Positions 63,232 through 64,000 of a stretch of DNA of 64,000 nucleotides are shown piece by piece; positions within the stretch are counted from its first letter, which is position 1; each line of letters begins with the position of its first letter. This DNA is from Corallococcus interemptor (lineage in GTDB: Bacteria; Myxococcota; Myxococcia; Myxococcales; Myxococcaceae). The stretch lies in NCBI RefSeq assembly GCF_050270115.1, contig NZ_JBNNJP010000025.1; one strand, given 5' to 3'. Both the position numbers and the translations under genes were made by a program. The notes beneath the pieces are model-generated. The model was not told the origin of the DNA, made no database searches, and saw nothing but the letters and a program-made list of their open reading frames with translations.

Positions 63232-64000
63232 TCAGCGAGCGTCGCGCCGCGCGGGCAACAGCCCTTCGACCTCGGAAGCCATGGGCAGCGCCGCCACCGC
63301 GCCCAGCCGCGTCACCACCCGCGCGCCCACGCCCGCAGCGAAGCTCATCAGCGCCAGCAGGTCCTCGCGCGTCGCCCCCTCCAGCGAGCGCGCGTCGCCG
63401 AACCAGCGCACCAGTCCGCTCAACATCGCGGACACGAAGCCATCCCCGGCGCCCGTCGTGTCCACCACCGCCACCTGGGGCGCGGGAACGGAGAGGACTT
63501 CGCCCTGCCAGAGGAACACCGCCCCGCGAGGGCCCAGCGTCACCACGGGCAGCCGCACGCCCTTCGCGGCCAGGACGTGCAGGGCCGCCTCGGGCGAGTG
63601 CTCGCCGGTCGCGAAGTGGATCTCTTCCTCGGACAGCTTCACCACCGTGCACAGCGGGAGCATGCGGCCCAGCAGGGCGCGCAGCTCCTCCGGCTGCGTC
63701 CACATGTGCAGCCGCAGGTTCGGATCACAGCTCACCAGCATCCCGGCCTCGCGAGCCAGGGTGAGCATGCGCACCATGGCCTCGCGCGCCTCCGGCAGCA
63801 GCAGCGAGTTGGAGCCGCAGTGCAGCGCCTTCGCCCGCCGCACGAAGCCAGCGTCCACGTCGGAGTCATCCAGCAGGAACTCCGCCGAACGCGTCCGGAA
63901 GTACGTGAAGCTGCGCTCGCCCTGCGCGTCCAGCGAGACGAACAGCAGCCCCGTGCGCGCGTGGTCCACCTGGCGCAGGCGGCTCACGTCCACGCCGTCC
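63232..64000 (-). CDS. PfkB-family carbohydrate/ribokinase-like kinase (partial; N-terminus beyond the window end)
   Basis: C-terminal motif VVDTTGAGDGFVSAMLSGL (DTxGAGD). The track ORF starts at a Met at 63993, but the reading frame likely continues past 64000. Confidence 0.7.
   Translation of the reverse strand, partial: DGVDVSRLRQVDHARTGLLFVSLDAQGERSFTYFRTRSAEFLLDDSDVDAGFVRRAKALHCGSNSLLLPEAREAMVRMLTLAREAGMLVSCDPNLRLHMWTQPEELRALLGRMLPLCTVVKLSEEEIHFATGEHSPEAALHVLAAKGVRLPVVTLGPRGAVFLWQGEVLSVPAPQVAVVDTTGAGDGFVSAMLSGLVRWFGDARSLEGATREDLLALMSFAAGVGARVVTRLGAVAALPMASEVEGLLPARRDAR

Noticed and set aside
1-64000. tRNA/rRNA genes, transposases, integrases, prophage genes
   Set aside because: Scanning intergenic regions revealed no tRNA-like T-arm/anticodon-stem patterns and no rRNA. 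No ORF showed DDE transposase, tyrosine recombinase or phage structural protein motifs.

Overview
This 64 kb window is about 70% GC and reads like a myxobacterial chromosome segment (Myxococcus/Corallococcus-like): FHA-domain proteins, a Ser/Thr kinase with a PEGA domain, and many lipoproteins. Ordinary housekeeping genes sit between accessory content. Housekeeping includes proC, polA, glyQ-glyS, a PBP4-type D,D-peptidase, aminopeptidase N and a prolyl oligopeptidase, and I see no rRNA, tRNA, CRISPR or transposase. The items I judge most worth a second look are:
1. A full-length bacterial homologue of the eukaryotic major vault protein (15071..17344, minus strand). Next to it are a small secreted 6-Cys peptide and a lipoprotein with a C-terminal PD-(D/E)xK-like nuclease domain whose stop overlaps the start of a downstream ORF (ATGA), i.e. 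a candidate polymorphic toxin/immunity pair.
2. A LysM-GH46(chitosanase-like)-C39(peptidase-like) protein with no signal peptide (12152..13774).
3. A 630-bp GntR-proC intergenic region carrying five copies of a ~31-bp palindromic repeat (328..790).
4. An FHA-rich Tad/Kil-like secretion gene cluster on the minus strand (44537..51663) with two large lipoproteins, glyQS and a PEGA-domain Ser/Thr kinase downstream.
5. A macro + NDT/TIR-like fusion protein divergent from a protein made of two cNMP-binding domains (28835..30938).
6. Two translationally coupled paralogous Pol-beta-type nucleotidyltransferases (61093..63167).
7. A split rdgC-like gene (19730..21056) and two pseudogene remnants.
CDS boundaries follow the supplied ORF track. 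Internal start sites and repeat or terminator coordinates were placed by hand and may be off by 1-3 nt. All functional calls are from motif recognition in the translations; no database search was run.
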